A stretch of 51,334 bases of DNA. It comes from Octopus bimaculoides. Its lineage: Eukaryota. The stretch spans positions 35,729,414 through 35,780,747 of the forward strand of contig NC_068994.1 of NCBI RefSeq assembly GCF_001194135.2. Reading direction: 5' to 3'. The position numbers were made by a program, and so were the translations under genes. Below, piece by piece: positions 50,623-51,334 of the stretch. The notes below the pieces were generated by a model. It saw only the letters and a list, made by a program, of their open reading frames with translations. It ran no database searches and was not told where the DNA came from. Each line of letters begins with the position of its first letter. The first letter of the stretch is position 1.

Positions 50623-51334
50623 ATGCATGTGTGTGTGTGTGTGCATGCATGTGTGTGTATACATACTTACACACACATATTCATATCTATACGGGAATTA
50701 GAATGATGAGGAGGAAGATGAAGAGGGCAAGAAGGACCCAAATATAAGTATTCACATTCATACATACACGAAAATATACCATGCATATATGTAGAGGGAG
50801 CTACACATTCATGAAGCACCTAGTTGTACTAATTAACAGATCTCTTTTATACATACACTATACATGCACACACACACACACATGTATATATACGCATATA
50901 TACACACACATGAGAGCTGTTACTTTCAACTAACTCAGCTGTGATGATTTATCCAAACCATGCTTGCATTGGAAGACTCATCATCATTAGGAGTGTGCAT
51001 ATAAAATATATTCATCATCATCATCATCATCACCATCACCATCATCAATTAATAACCACCTTTTCATGCTTCCATGGGTCAGATGGAATTTATTGAGTCA
51101 GATACTCTTCGGCTGAATACCCATCATGTCATCAACCCTTAACTGTTTCCAAACAATGTAATATTTCCCCATGGCCAGACATATTTTCCCACAGACTGGA
51201 AATGAGCAATATTGCTTGTATGATGGTGAATCTCATTTACAATTGTTACATGATATCAGGACAAAGATACACACATAGGCACACACACACGCACACACAC
51301 ACATGCATGTATGTGTATGTATATATATATATAT

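Overview
Repeat-dominated, AT-rich animal genomic DNA from a draft assembly (10 N-gaps, about 2.3 kb in total, almost all bordered by microsatellites). The SINE families and heavy (TA)n/(CA)n/(GAT)n load match what I recall of octopus (coleoid cephalopod) genomes; this is recognition, not a search result. I find no host protein-coding gene, rRNA or CRISPR array that I can support, and most ORF-track entries are microsatellite or gap artefacts. Supported content: at least five recurring SINE-like families; three degenerate IS630-Tc1-mariner transposons (full-length DD34D mariner, full-length DD34E Tc1 with IR/DR ends, DD37D fragment); piggyBac-like and hAT-like MITEs; several RTE fragments and one CR1-type LINE fragment; and the 3' end of a Gypsy-like LTR element. 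The most notable items are a minimal type I hammerhead ribozyme (36-81), a 201-bp LTR that is itself a 78-bp foldback (15898-16098), a PHD-like finger just after the RT core of an RTE fragment (32179-32310), and several stand-alone hairpins and foldbacks (23584-23701, 46851-46922, 48985-49228, 49491-49823). Nothing here demonstrates a new biological system; these are leads.
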